Shown piece after piece: positions 18,582-27,999 of a DNA stretch of 62,056 nt (positions are counted from its first letter, which is position 1; each line of letters begins with the position of its first letter). Both the position numbers and the translations under genes were made by a program. A model generated the notes under the pieces. The model ran no database searches and was not told where the DNA came from. It was given only the letters and a program-made list of their open reading frames with translations. Location: the NCBI GenBank assembly GCA_044338255.1, contig JBIILZ010000006.1, positions 1 through 62,056 of the forward strand, in the 5' to 3' direction. This DNA is from Planctomycetota bacterium. Its GTDB lineage: Bacteria; Planctomycetota; UBA11346.

Positions 18582-18596
18582 CCAGGGGCTAGGGCC

Positions 18597-18626
18597 TTGC
18601 CAGCACATGGGATCATAGGGTAGACT
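18597..18626 (+). promoter_or_regulatory. Putative sigma70 promoter of the kinase gene
   Basis: TTGCCA-N18-TAGACT, 8 nt before ATG 18635; no Shine-Dalgarno. Confidence 0.5.
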
Positions 18627-18634
18627 GCGGCATC

Positions 18635-19324
18635 ATGCTTGCCGTCCCTACGATTCTTGATGCCGCGGCCCTGACGGCCGAACTTGAGCGGCTCAAGCCC
18701 TTGGCGGAAATGGGCCGCATGGCTGCGACCGTGGCCCATGAGATCCGCAATCCGCTCACCGGTATCAGCGCCAACGCCGAGCTGCTGCGCGAGAATCTCG
18801 ACAACCGCGACGATCTCGAATCGGTCGACATCATCCTCGGGGAGGTCGAACGCCTCAGCCGGCTGGTGACCGATCTGCTGTACTACAGCCGCGAGCGCGT
18901 CGCCGAGCGCAAGCTCCTCGACCTCGGCTGGCTGGCCCGGGCGAGTTGCGAGCTCTCGGTCGCGGAGGCCGAAAACGCCGGCATCCGCCTGAACTGGCAT
19001 GGCCAGGGGCGCGGCCAGGGCGACAGCGAACTATCGCGGCAAGCGCTGCTGAATGTCGTGCGCAACGCCATCCAGGCCTGCTCCCGTGGCGGCGAAGTCA
19101 CGATCACCGTCGCCGGCAATGCCATCCGCGTCACCGATACCGGTTCGGGTGTGCCGCAGGCCCTGCGCGAGCGCTTGTTCGAGCCCTTCGTCACCGGCCG
19201 CACGCGCGGCCTGGGGATCGGTGCGACCGTTGCCAAACGCTGTCAGCAACGCCAGGACGGCGACCTCCTGCTTGAGAGCACCGGGCCGGGTGGCAGCGTG
19301 TTCATGCTCACCTGGATGAGTTGA
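18635..19324 (+). CDS. Minimal histidine kinase core without a sensor domain (NtrB-like H box)
   Basis: GRMAATVAHEIRNPL, NVVRNAIQA, DTGSG, LFEPF, GLGIG. Confidence 0.88.
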   Translation: MLAVPTILDAAALTAELERLKPLAEMGRMAATVAHEIRNPLTGISANAELLRENLDNRDDLESVDIILGEVERLSRLVTDLLYYSRERVAERKLLDLGWLARASCELSVAEAENAGIRLNWHGQGRGQGDSELSRQALLNVVRNAIQACSRGGEVTITVAGNAIRVTDTGSGVPQALRERLFEPFVTGRTRGLGIGATVAKRCQQRQDGDLLLESTGPGGSVFMLTWMS

Positions 19325-19354
19325 AGCGCCCTCTTTTACGCTGCCGAGCCCACC

Positions 19355-19933
19355 ATGCATGATCTCTCCACCATCGCCTCGAGTTGTGGCGTGCTCCTCG
19401 GCCAGAATGAGGACGGCCAGTTCGAGCATATGGCCACCGCCTGGAGCGTCGGCCCCGATGAATGGGTCACCGCTTGGCCCGCTGATAAACCGTCCACCGA
19501 CCTCCGCCTGCTGTACACCAACACCGGCGCCGTTGATCAGGTGCAAGGCTGGGAGTGGGAAGACGGCATCGCCGGCTTCCGCGCCCATGTCGCTACCAGC
19601 GTGCCGGCGCTTCCTCTGCGCCGCGGCAAGGATCTGCACAAACGCGATCAGCTGTGGGCCCTCGGTTATCCGTCGATGATCGATCATCCGGCCTTCCGCC
19701 TGCACCGCGGCTCGCTCGATGCCGAGCGCTATTTCCCCTACCTCTGCCCGTGGGTCATGCAGGGTCATCTGGCGCTTTTTTCAGCCAAAGACGGCTACCT
19801 CACGGGACGCTGCTACGCGGGCATGGCCGGCGGCCCGGTGCTCGATCCCGACGGGCATGTCGTCGGCGTGATCCTCGATGGCGAGGTCGCCCCCGATCAT
19901 CCGGCGCTGACGCGGTTTCACCGCCTGATCTGA
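19355..19933 (+). CDS. Trypsin-like peptidase-fold protein, probably catalytically inactive
   Basis: LWALGYP and GMAGGPVLDPDGHVVGV match the GxSGGP..xxG.VVG motif with Ser replaced by Ala; VTAW replaces VTAxH. Confidence 0.65.
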   Translation: MHDLSTIASSCGVLLGQNEDGQFEHMATAWSVGPDEWVTAWPADKPSTDLRLLYTNTGAVDQVQGWEWEDGIAGFRAHVATSVPALPLRRGKDLHKRDQLWALGYPSMIDHPAFRLHRGSLDAERYFPYLCPWVMQGHLALFSAKDGYLTGRCYAGMAGGPVLDPDGHVVGVILDGEVAPDHPALTRFHRLI

Positions 19934-22209
19934 TCCTCGTTGTCATTGAACGGCTGCCAGGCAGTGGCGATCACCACCGCCAGCAGTGAGCTCACCGGCA
20001 TACCGACGGCGCAGATCAGCGGCCCCCACCATCCAGCTACCGCCGCGCCCACCGCCATGGCGTTGTAGAGGACGGTCGCGGCCAAGAGCAGGCGTTCGCG
20101 ACGCTGCAGGCGTTCGCTGGCCAAAAGCAGATCGCTGAGCGCCGCCAGCGGCGCCGCCTCATCGGTGACCACCACATCCGCGCAGGCCAGCCCGGCGGCA
20201 AGGCCGCCGCGCACCGCCACCGAAAAGCCGGCGGCGGCGAGGGCGGCGGCGTCATTGACGCCATCGCCGACCATCAGCGTCCGGGCATCCACGAGGCGTG
20301 CCTTGTCCTCGGGCAACTGCGCCGCCTGTGCGTCGCTGATCGCGAGGGTCTGGGCCACCGCCCGCACCGCCTCGGGAGCATCACCGCTGGCGAGGGTCAG
20401 GCGCCATCCGCGCCGGCGCATCGCCGCCAGCACCGTCGACGCATCGGGACGGATGCCATCGGTGACGCGGATCTCGGCCACAACTTCGCCAGCGCAGCGT
20501 ACCACGATGCCGCCGGCACCCGGCCCCAAGGACATCGCGCGGCCCGCCCAGCGCGCCGTGACTCCCCGCCCCGGCAACTCGACGACTTCCTCGACGCTGA
20601 CCTCCGGGGCCAGGAACTGCTCGCGCACATGGCGTTCGATGGCCAGGGCCAGCGGATGGCGGCATTGCCTTTCGATGGCCAGGATCGCGCCCGCCAATAA
20701 CGGACGCTCGGCTTCTGGGACCAGCCAGCGCCAAGCGACGACGGTCATCTGTCCGGTGGTCAAGGTCCCGGTCTTGTCGAAGACCGCTGCCGTGATCCCG
20801 CGCAGGCGCAGCAACGCCGCACCCGAGCGGATCAGCAATCCGCGCTGACGGGCGGCGGCGAGCAGACGTGCACGCGCCAACGGCAGGGCCAGGCCGATGG
20901 CGCAGGGACAGGCCGCCATCACCACCGCCACCGCGCGATCGACTCCCGACCACCAGCCGGCGGCCACCGCCAGCAGGACCAGGGCCGCGCCGTACCAGCG
21001 CTCCCACCAGGCATCCTCGACGCCGGGCGCAGCAGCCTTGTTGACCTCAGCAGCCATGAGCATCTTGCCCACCCGGCTGTGACTCCCGGTGGCGGCGATG
21101 CGCACCGTGCAGGTGCCGGTAACCAGCAGCGTCCCGGCGTAGACAGTCTGCCCGATGGCTAGCGGCTGGGGTCGGCTTTCGCCGGTGAGCACCGCCACAT
21201 CCACGGCCGCCTCGGGGCTCGCCGCGACCACCACGCCATCGCCACCGAGACGCTGGCCGCGGGCATACGGAGCATCGCTGTCGAGCGCCGGCACCTCATC
21301 GGGAAGTATCCCGCCGAGGTGCGAGGCCTGCACCGCCAAGCGATCCTGGATGCGATGCAAAGCCAGGCGCCCGACCAGCAGCAGAGCGCAGAACATCGCC
21401 ACCGCATCGGCATAGGTCGCATTCGATCCACGCACCAGGTTCGCCGCCGAAGCGCCCAGCCCGACCGTCACCACCGCCGCCGCCGTCGCATCCAAGGACC
21501 AGCGCCCGTGGCGCAGCGCCCGTCCCAGGGCCCGCCACCACGGCCCCACCGCCCAGGTCCCGGCGGGCAGGGCGAGGAGTAGAGCCCCGAGGCCGAAATA
21601 CCAGCGGAAGCGCGGCTCGAGGTCACCGGTGAGTTCGCCGGCGGCGAGGTTCATCGCCAACTGCATCGAGCCCACCGCGCAGGCCAGGGCAATGGCCGCG
21701 CGCAGGGCCTCGGCCCGCGCCGCCAAGCGCCGCTGACGATCATCGACGGCGCCCGTCCACGGCCGTAGGCGATACCCGAGCTGCGCCGCGAGCGTGGCGA
21801 TGCGCGCCGGATCGGTGCGTGCGGCGTGGTGCACGGTCCGCAGCACGCCGCGTCCGACATCGACCTCGGCGCGTTCAATGCCGGGGTCGATAAACGACAG
21901 GCGCTCCAGCACCCAGGTGCAGGCCGGGCAGTGCAGGCCCTCGACCGCCCAGGCGATGGCGTGACGCCCGCCGCCGAGGTCCGCCGCCACCCGCGCCAGG
22001 AACTCCGGCGCGGCCCAAGCGCGGTGCTCGGCGGTGATCGCCGGCACCGGCCGGGGCGCGGCTCCTGCCGCCAGGGCGGCCTCGCGCAGGGCGACGTAGG
22101 AACCCAGGCCGCAACGCGATAACAAGTCATGGGCGATGGCGCAACCATGACAGCAGAAGCGCGCCTGATCCTGGCTCAGGAGCGTGCCGCAATGAACGCA
22201 GGCGCTCAT
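19918..22209 (-). CDS. ccoI: Heavy-metal (Cu) P1B-type ATPase, CcoI/FixI type
   Basis: N-terminal CVHCG...FCCHGC, HMA GLHCPAC, TGES, ACPCA, DKTGTLT, GDGVND; beside the cbb3 operon. Confidence 0.9.
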   Translation of the reverse strand: MSACVHCGTLLSQDQARFCCHGCAIAHDLLSRCGLGSYVALREAALAAGAAPRPVPAITAEHRAWAAPEFLARVAADLGGGRHAIAWAVEGLHCPACTWVLERLSFIDPGIERAEVDVGRGVLRTVHHAARTDPARIATLAAQLGYRLRPWTGAVDDRQRRLAARAEALRAAIALACAVGSMQLAMNLAAGELTGDLEPRFRWYFGLGALLLALPAGTWAVGPWWRALGRALRHGRWSLDATAAAVVTVGLGASAANLVRGSNATYADAVAMFCALLLVGRLALHRIQDRLAVQASHLGGILPDEVPALDSDAPYARGQRLGGDGVVVAASPEAAVDVAVLTGESRPQPLAIGQTVYAGTLLVTGTCTVRIAATGSHSRVGKMLMAAEVNKAAAPGVEDAWWERWYGAALVLLAVAAGWWSGVDRAVAVVMAACPCAIGLALPLARARLLAAARQRGLLIRSGAALLRLRGITAAVFDKTGTLTTGQMTVVAWRWLVPEAERPLLAGAILAIERQCRHPLALAIERHVREQFLAPEVSVEEVVELPGRGVTARWAGRAMSLGPGAGGIVVRCAGEVVAEIRVTDGIRPDASTVLAAMRRRGWRLTLASGDAPEAVRAVAQTLAISDAQAAQLPEDKARLVDARTLMVGDGVNDAAALAAAGFSVAVRGGLAAGLACADVVVTDEAAPLAALSDLLLASERLQRRERLLLAATVLYNAMAVGAAVAGWWGPLICAVGMPVSSLLAVVIATAWQPFNDNEDQIRR

Positions 22210-22877
22210 GTCCGACAACCCGGAGCACCGACCGAGAACGCCAGCCACCCCAGCCACGCGCCCGCCACCAGCAGGCCGAGCGCCGGCAGCCAGCGCAGGC
22301 GTCGGCGCACGCCCGCCAACCACGCCGCCGCTCCCAGGACATGCGCCGCCATCAGGATCGGGGTATTCAGCAGCACCAAGCCGACCATCAGCAGAGCACC
22401 GTGCAGCGGGCTGGCTGAGGCCACTGCCAGGCCCAGGGCCCAGATGACGACGGCACAAGGCAGCAACGCCAGGATGACCCCGAGACAAAAGACCTGCCCG
22501 TGGCTGGTCGAGGCCGCAGCCCCAGCGCTCCAGCGTTGCACCGCCCGCGCCAGCCATCCCGGCACCTGGGCGCCGACCACTCCCCGACTGAACAAGGATC
22601 GCAGTCCCAGTCCGATCATCAGCGCCGCCGTCAACCCCAACACCCAGGGCGCATAGCTGCGCAGGGCGAGGATGGCGACTCCGCCCACACCCCCGGCGAG
22701 GGCTCCCAGAAGGGCGTAGGTCACAGCCTTGCCGGTCTGATAGGCGAGCACGCCGCTGAGGCCATGAAAACGCAAGGCCACTACCAACGGACCGCACATC
22801 GCCGGACAATGGCCGAGGACCCAGATCAGACCCTGGGTGGCGAGCACGCCATAGAGCTGCGCCTGCAGAGCATCCAT
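22206..22877 (-). CDS. DsbD_2 / TauE-like membrane protein associated with cbb3 assembly
   Basis: HCPAMCGP, YQTGKAVTYALLG, LLPC; ATGA overlap with ccoI. Confidence 0.85.
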   Translation of the reverse strand: MDALQAQLYGVLATQGLIWVLGHCPAMCGPLVVALRFHGLSGVLAYQTGKAVTYALLGALAGGVGGVAILALRSYAPWVLGLTAALMIGLGLRSLFSRGVVGAQVPGWLARAVQRWSAGAAASTSHGQVFCLGVILALLPCAVVIWALGLAVASASPLHGALLMVGLVLLNTPILMAAHVLGAAAWLAGVRRRLRWLPALGLLVAGAWLGWLAFSVGAPGCRT

Positions 22878-22970
22878 GGGCAACACCATACGCCGAATTT
22901 GCGGTGCAATACACCATTTCAGGACAAACATATCCATTTACATTTATAACAACCTTATTTATTGGCAGGC

Positions 22971-23144
22971 ATGGGCACCGTCTTCCTCCTTACCGGCCTC
23001 GCCTGCGCCCTCTTCCTGGTCGGAGCCTTGCTCCTGACCTGGGGGGTGCGGGCCGGCCAGTGGGATGATCTCGATACCCCTGCCGAGCGCATGCTCGGCG
23101 ATGACCCACCCGCGCCGAAACCTCCGAAGGTACCCCAGCCGTGA
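22971..23144 (+). CDS. ccoS: cbb3 oxidase assembly protein CcoS
   Basis: Hydrophobic N-terminus then WGVRAGQWDDLDTPAERMLGDD. Confidence 0.92.
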   Translation: MGTVFLLTGLACALFLVGALLLTWGVRAGQWDDLDTPAERMLGDDPPAPKPPKVPQP

Positions 23145-25390
23145 CCGACTCCACGACGTCTCCGCTCCCGCCACCGGCTTTTAACCCGGTGGCTCTCGAC
23201 ACCGTGGCCTACGACAACGCCATCGTCGCCAAGTTCCTCATCGCGACCCTCATCTGGGGCGTGGTCGGAATGCTCGTGGGGGTCATCGTCGCCAGCCAGC
23301 TGCTGGTGCCCGGCCTGACGCTGGACATCCCCTGGCTGAGCTACGGCCGACTGCGCCCGCTACACACCAATGCCGTGATCTTCGCCTTCGCCGGCAATGC
23401 GATCTTCGCCGGGGTCTATTACTCGGCGCAGCGCGTGCTGAAGACGCGGCTGTTCTCTGACGCCCTGGGCAACATCCATTTCTGGGGCTGGCAGCTGATC
23501 ATCGTCCTGGCGGCAGTGACCTTGCCCTTGGGCATCACCACCTCGAAGGAATACGCCGAGCTGGAATGGCCGATCAAGCTGCTCATCGCCGTGATCTGGG
23601 TGATCTTCGGCGCCAACCTCATCGGCACCCTGTTCAAGCGCCGTGAGCGGCACCTCTACGTCGCGCTGTGGTTCTACATCGCGACGTGGATCGCGGTGAC
23701 CCTGCTGCACGTGGTCAACTCGGCGTCGATCCCGGTGACCCTGACCAAGAGCTATTCGCTGTATGCCGGCATCCAGGATGCCCTGGTGCAATGGTGGTAT
23801 GGCCACAACGCGGTGGCGTTCTTCCTGACCACGCCGTTCCTCGGCCTGCTGTACTATTTCCTGCCCAAGGCCACCGGCACGCCGATCTACAGCTATCGCC
23901 TGTCGATCCTGCACTTCTGGTCGCTGATCTTCATCTACATCTGGGCCGGTCCGCATCATCTGCTGAACTCCAGCACGCCCGAATGGGCCCAGACTCTGGG
24001 CGTGATGTTCAGCCTGATGCTGATCATCCCCAGCTGGGGCGGGGCGGTGAACGGCTACATGACCATCTTCGCGAAAGGCGCGCCTTCGATCCGCCATAAT
24101 CCCATCATCTGGTTCTGGTTGGCGAGCATCACCAGCTACGCCATCACCACCTTCGAGGGCTGCATGCTCTCGCTGCGCGACATCAACGCCTTGTCGCACA
24201 ATACCGATTGGACCATCGGCCACGTGCACAACGGGGCCTTGGGTTGGGTCGGGCTGATGATCTTCGCGATCTTCTACTGGCTGGTGCCGCGGATGTGGAA
24301 GACCACGCTGTGGTCGACGCGCTTGATGAAAGTGCACTTCTGGTTGGCGGTCAGTGGCCTGGTCGGCTATGTCGTGGCGCTGTGGATCGCCGGCATCATC
24401 CAGGGCGTCAAGCAGCTGGCCTTCACCGAGACCGGCCATCTCGCGACGACCTCGTTCATGGACATCGTCCATGCCACCGTGCCCTGGTACTGGGTGCGCC
24501 TGATCGCCGGCATCCTGTACTTCCTGGGCATGATCATCTGCGCCTATAACCTCCTGCGGACGATCGCCGCCGCGCCCAAGATCGCCGATGATGTGGTGCT
24601 CGTGGCGCCGTTGCCGGCCGAGCCGCTGATCGTCAAGGACGCCCAAGCCGCCAACGAAAAAGCCGCCAGCGAAAAAGCCCCCCGCGAATCCGTGCACAGC
24701 ATGATCGAGCGCTGGCCGGTGGCGATGCTGGTGCTGGCGACCGTCGCCTTGTCGATCGGCAGCGTCATCGAGATCGTTCCGCATCTCGTGCAGGGCGCCT
24801 TCACGCCCCCGATCAGCTCGGTGAAACCGTATACCCCGCTCGAACTGCACGGCCGTGACCTGTACATCAAGGAAGGCTGCAGCGGCTGCCATACGCAGCT
24901 GATCCGCACCCTGCGCGCCGAGACCGAACGCTACGGCCATTACACCATGCCCGGCGAACACGTCTACGATCGTCCGTTCCTATGGGGCAGCAAACGCACC
25001 GGCCCGGATCTCGCCCGCGAAGGCGTCCTGCGCCCGAGCGCGGCCTGGCAATACGCGCATCTGGTCAAACCCAATGCCGTCTCGCCGGGCACGATGATGC
25101 CGGCCTACCCCTGGCTGGCCCAGGACGACATGGATCTGTCGACGCTCTCGGCCAAGCTCGACGTGCTGGCGGCACCGCCGCTGTACACGCCCTACACCAA
25201 GGTCGAGATCAGCACCGCGGTCGAGCTGGCGCGCGCCCAAGCCAAGCTGGTTGGCGCGGAATTGCGCAAGCAACCTGAATACGCCAACGTTCCCGACCTT
25301 GAGAACAAGGACATCATCGCCGTCATCGCCTATCTGCAGCGCATGGGTACCGATCTCGGCAAGGGTGAACCGACCGCAGGAGACAAGTGA
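23141..25390 (+). CDS. ccoN: cbb3-type cytochrome c oxidase, fused subunits I and II (CcoN-CcoO)
   Basis: GRLRPLHTN, WWYGHN, WAGPHHL, GHVH; C-terminal part YIKEGCSGCHTQ.IR, WGSKRTGPDLAR, MPAYPWL. Confidence 0.97.
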   Translation: MTDSTTSPLPPPAFNPVALDTVAYDNAIVAKFLIATLIWGVVGMLVGVIVASQLLVPGLTLDIPWLSYGRLRPLHTNAVIFAFAGNAIFAGVYYSAQRVLKTRLFSDALGNIHFWGWQLIIVLAAVTLPLGITTSKEYAELEWPIKLLIAVIWVIFGANLIGTLFKRRERHLYVALWFYIATWIAVTLLHVVNSASIPVTLTKSYSLYAGIQDALVQWWYGHNAVAFFLTTPFLGLLYYFLPKATGTPIYSYRLSILHFWSLIFIYIWAGPHHLLNSSTPEWAQTLGVMFSLMLIIPSWGGAVNGYMTIFAKGAPSIRHNPIIWFWLASITSYAITTFEGCMLSLRDINALSHNTDWTIGHVHNGALGWVGLMIFAIFYWLVPRMWKTTLWSTRLMKVHFWLAVSGLVGYVVALWIAGIIQGVKQLAFTETGHLATTSFMDIVHATVPWYWVRLIAGILYFLGMIICAYNLLRTIAAAPKIADDVVLVAPLPAEPLIVKDAQAANEKAASEKAPRESVHSMIERWPVAMLVLATVALSIGSVIEIVPHLVQGAFTPPISSVKPYTPLELHGRDLYIKEGCSGCHTQLIRTLRAETERYGHYTMPGEHVYDRPFLWGSKRTGPDLAREGVLRPSAAWQYAHLVKPNAVSPGTMMPAYPWLAQDDMDLSTLSAKLDVLAAPPLYTPYTKVEISTAVELARAQAKLVGAELRKQPEYANVPDLENKDIIAVIAYLQRMGTDLGKGEPTAGDK

Positions 25391-25578
25391 TGTTCCGCCA
25401 ATTCCTCGGCCCCCAGGCACCCTTGTGGATCGGATATCTGGCGACCATCGTCACGGTCTTCTCCTCGGCGGTGTTCGGCCTCGTGTTGTGGTATGTGGCC
25501 AGTGATCGGCGCCGGCCGTACCGTGAGCGCATGAGCAACCTTCCTCTTGATGATGGCCAGGAGTCCCGCCATGTCTGA
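25390..25578 (+). CDS. CcoQ-like small subunit
   Basis: One TM helix, MSNLPLDD motif, position between ccoNO and ccoP with overlapping ends. Confidence 0.75.
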   Translation: MFRQFLGPQAPLWIGYLATIVTVFSSAVFGLVLWYVASDRRRPYRERMSNLPLDDGQESRHV

Positions 25579-26173
25579 GCTGCCACCGAAGCCACCTGCC
25601 AAAGATGACGAAGTACCGCTGCTGCCGCATGATTTCGACGGCATCCGCGAAGCCGACAATCCCGTACCGCTGTGGTTCACGGTGGTCTTCTGGGTCACCG
25701 TCCTGTGGGGCGCGGTGTACTTCCTGCACTTCACCATGGGACCCGGCAATAGCGGGGCCCTGGCGTGGAAACGCGACGACATCGCCCTGCAAGAGCGCAA
25801 GGCGGCGCACGCCAGCGGTCCGCTCACGGAAGAGCAGCTACGCGGTCTCAGCAACAACCCAGAGCGCATCGCTCTCGGTCAGAAGTTGTACCTCTCAGCC
25901 AATTGCGCGACCTGCCATGGCCCGGAGGCCCTCGGCGCAGTCGGTCCCAATCTGCGTGATCGCTTCTGGATGAACGGCTCGAACATGGCACAGATCGCCG
26001 ACGTCCTCACCAATGGCGCCAACAACAACGCCATGCCCGCGCAGAAGAACCTCCTCGCTGGCGATGACATCACCAACCTGACCATCTATGTGGTGTCCTT
26101 GAATCGTTCCGGGCTGAAAGACGGCAAAGCCATCGATCCAGCGCGCGAACTCCCGGCCCCGATCACCTACTGA
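25571..26173 (+). CDS. ccoP: cbb3 oxidase subunit III, monoheme CcoP-like
   Basis: HDFDGIREADNPVPLWF, single CATCH, GPNLRDRFW, MPA. Confidence 0.9.
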   Translation: MSELPPKPPAKDDEVPLLPHDFDGIREADNPVPLWFTVVFWVTVLWGAVYFLHFTMGPGNSGALAWKRDDIALQERKAAHASGPLTEEQLRGLSNNPERIALGQKLYLSANCATCHGPEALGAVGPNLRDRFWMNGSNMAQIADVLTNGANNNAMPAQKNLLAGDDITNLTIYVVSLNRSGLKDGKAIDPARELPAPITY

Positions 26174-26613
26174 TGGCCCTTACCTCGCGGACCCTGCCGC
26201 TGCTCGCCGCCGGCGTGGTCCTTGCCGGCATCATCCCCAGCGTGGTGATGCTGGTCCTCGCTCGCGGCCTGCATATCGCCAAGGTCGATGATCGTCCGTA
26301 TGTGGTCTCGTCGACCATCGATACTGATCGCCGAGCGGTGGCCAGCCTGCGTGCGCGCGGCTTCAGCTATGCGACCGCGGTCAGCGGCGACGAGATCATC
26401 ATCACCCTGCAGGGTCCGGTACCCGAACCGATAACGGTGGTCCTGCAACGACCAGATGACGTCAGCGCCGATCAGCGCCATGCCTGGGTGACGACCGCAG
26501 AACCCCTGCGCCTGCGTCCAGGACGCACCGGGCCCTGGCATGTGCGTCTGGAAGGCTTCGTTGATGGCGTCGGCGTGCGCCTGGGCGAAACCGCCATCGA
26601 CCTCGGAAAGTGA
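26173..26613 (+). CDS. FixH/CcoH-like protein
   Basis: N-terminal TM, VDDRPY, LQRPDDVSAD, GPW.V.L; operon position. Confidence 0.7.
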   Translation: MALTSRTLPLLAAGVVLAGIIPSVVMLVLARGLHIAKVDDRPYVVSSTIDTDRRAVASLRARGFSYATAVSGDEIIITLQGPVPEPITVVLQRPDDVSADQRHAWVTTAEPLRLRPGRTGPWHVRLEGFVDGVGVRLGETAIDLGK

Positions 26614-26616
26614 TCC

Positions 26617-27102
26617 ATGCTCTCGCAAACCGCTGAATACGCCCTGCGCGCCGTGGTCCACCTCGCCCGTCATCCGGGCGAGCCCTGCACCGTCGATTCG
26701 ATCGCCAAGGCCACCAAGGTGCCGCTGAGCTACCTCGCCAAGATCATGCAGCAGCTCTCGCGCGCCGGACTGACCACCTCGCAACGCGGCCTGCACGGCG
26801 GCTTCGTCCTCAACAAGGATGCGGCGGCGATCTCGCTATTCGAGCCGGTCGATGCCGTCGACCCCTTCCGCCGCATCCTGAGTTGTCCGATGGGCATCCC
26901 CGAGCACGGCCAAGGCCTGTGCTCGCTGCACAAGGAACTCGACGCGACCCTCGAGAGCGTCGAAAAGCGGCTACGCGCCACCTCGATCGCGGAGATGCTC
27001 GCGGTCAGCGGTCGTCCGCTGTGCCCGGTCCCCCTGCTCCCCCTGCTCCCCCTGCTCCCCCTGCCTGCCAACAAAACCACCGACAAATCCCTCGCCGGCT
27101 GA
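26617..27102 (+). CDS. Rrf2 family transcriptional regulator
   Basis: SQTAEYALRA, VPLSYLAKI, SQRGLHGGF, CPMG...H...LC.LH. Confidence 0.92.
   Translation: MLSQTAEYALRAVVHLARHPGEPCTVDSIAKATKVPLSYLAKIMQQLSRAGLTTSQRGLHGGFVLNKDAAAISLFEPVDAVDPFRRILSCPMGIPEHGQGLCSLHKELDATLESVEKRLRATSIAEMLAVSGRPLCPVPLLPLLPLLPLPANKTTDKSLAG
27030..27064 (+). repeat. 9-bp coding repeat CCCCCTGCT x about 4 (PLL)
   Basis: Seen directly in the Rrf2 tail. Confidence 0.9.
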
Positions 27103-27113
27103 GCGTCATCGGC

Positions 27114-27890
27114 TCAATGCCGGAGGACGCGTTGGGTGAGCGCCACCGCCAAGCGCCGAGGGATGAGGCGCAGACCCACGATCGCCAGCTTGTTGGCGAG
27201 GCCGGGAATGGCGACGCGCTTGCCGGCATAGAGGGCGCGTACCGCATAGCCGGCGACGGCGATCGAACTGGCGGCAATCGGGGGCGTGAATAACCAGGAA
27301 TCTTCGGGAAATCCCGCGACGCTGTGGAATTTCGTAATCGTCGACCCGGGACACAGGGCAGTGATGGTAACTCCACTCCCGGCGCATTCCTGGGCGACGG
27401 CTTCGCTGAGATGCAGGACATAGGCCTTGGTCGCGAAATAGACCGCCATCAAGGGTCCGGCGCTGAAGCCTGCACAGCTGGCGACATTCATGATCCGGCC
27501 CTGGCCGCAACCGCGCATCTCAGCCAGGACCAGACGCATGAGCTGGGTCAGGGCCATGATGTTGACCTGCACCATGCGCTCGATCACCGCCGCATCACCC
27601 GCGTGGAAATCACCGTAGGCGCCGAACCCGGCATTGTTGATCAAGACCTCGGGCACCGGCATGGTCGCGCGCACCTGCGCATAAAGCGCCGCCGCTGCCT
27701 GCGGCTGGGAGAGATCGCAGGCGATGATCGTCACCGCCACGGCAGAGGTCGCACGCAGCTCGGCCTGTAGAGTCTGCAAGGCCGCTTCATCGCGGGCCAC
27801 GAGCAGTACGTCGAGCCCCCTGGCAGCGAGTGCATGGGCCAGATGGCGGCCGATTCCGCTCGAGGCGCCGGTAATTAAGGCATATGCCAT
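27114..27890 (-). CDS. SDR family oxidoreductase
   Basis: ITGASSGIG, NNAGFG, NVAS, YFATK, LCPG. Confidence 0.93.
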   Translation of the reverse strand: MAYALITGASSGIGRHLAHALAARGLDVLLVARDEAALQTLQAELRATSAVAVTIIACDLSQPQAAAALYAQVRATMPVPEVLINNAGFGAYGDFHAGDAAVIERMVQVNIMALTQLMRLVLAEMRGCGQGRIMNVASCAGFSAGPLMAVYFATKAYVLHLSEAVAQECAGSGVTITALCPGSTITKFHSVAGFPEDSWLFTPPIAASSIAVAGYAVRALYAGKRVAIPGLANKLAIVGLRLIPRRLAVALTQRVLRH

Positions 27891-27999
27891 AGGCATGCTA
27901 TGATGTCACCCCTAGATCACCTGCCAACCCCGCGCTTGAGCGGCTCTTTACAGAGGGATGCCGAGAATGCCGAGGGCTGCCGTGGGATGCAGAATCTGC

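Noticed and set aside
19918-22917. 999-aa extended ATPase ORF
   Set aside because: The N-terminal 236 codons overlap the DsbD_2 gene in another frame; the real start is ATG 22209.
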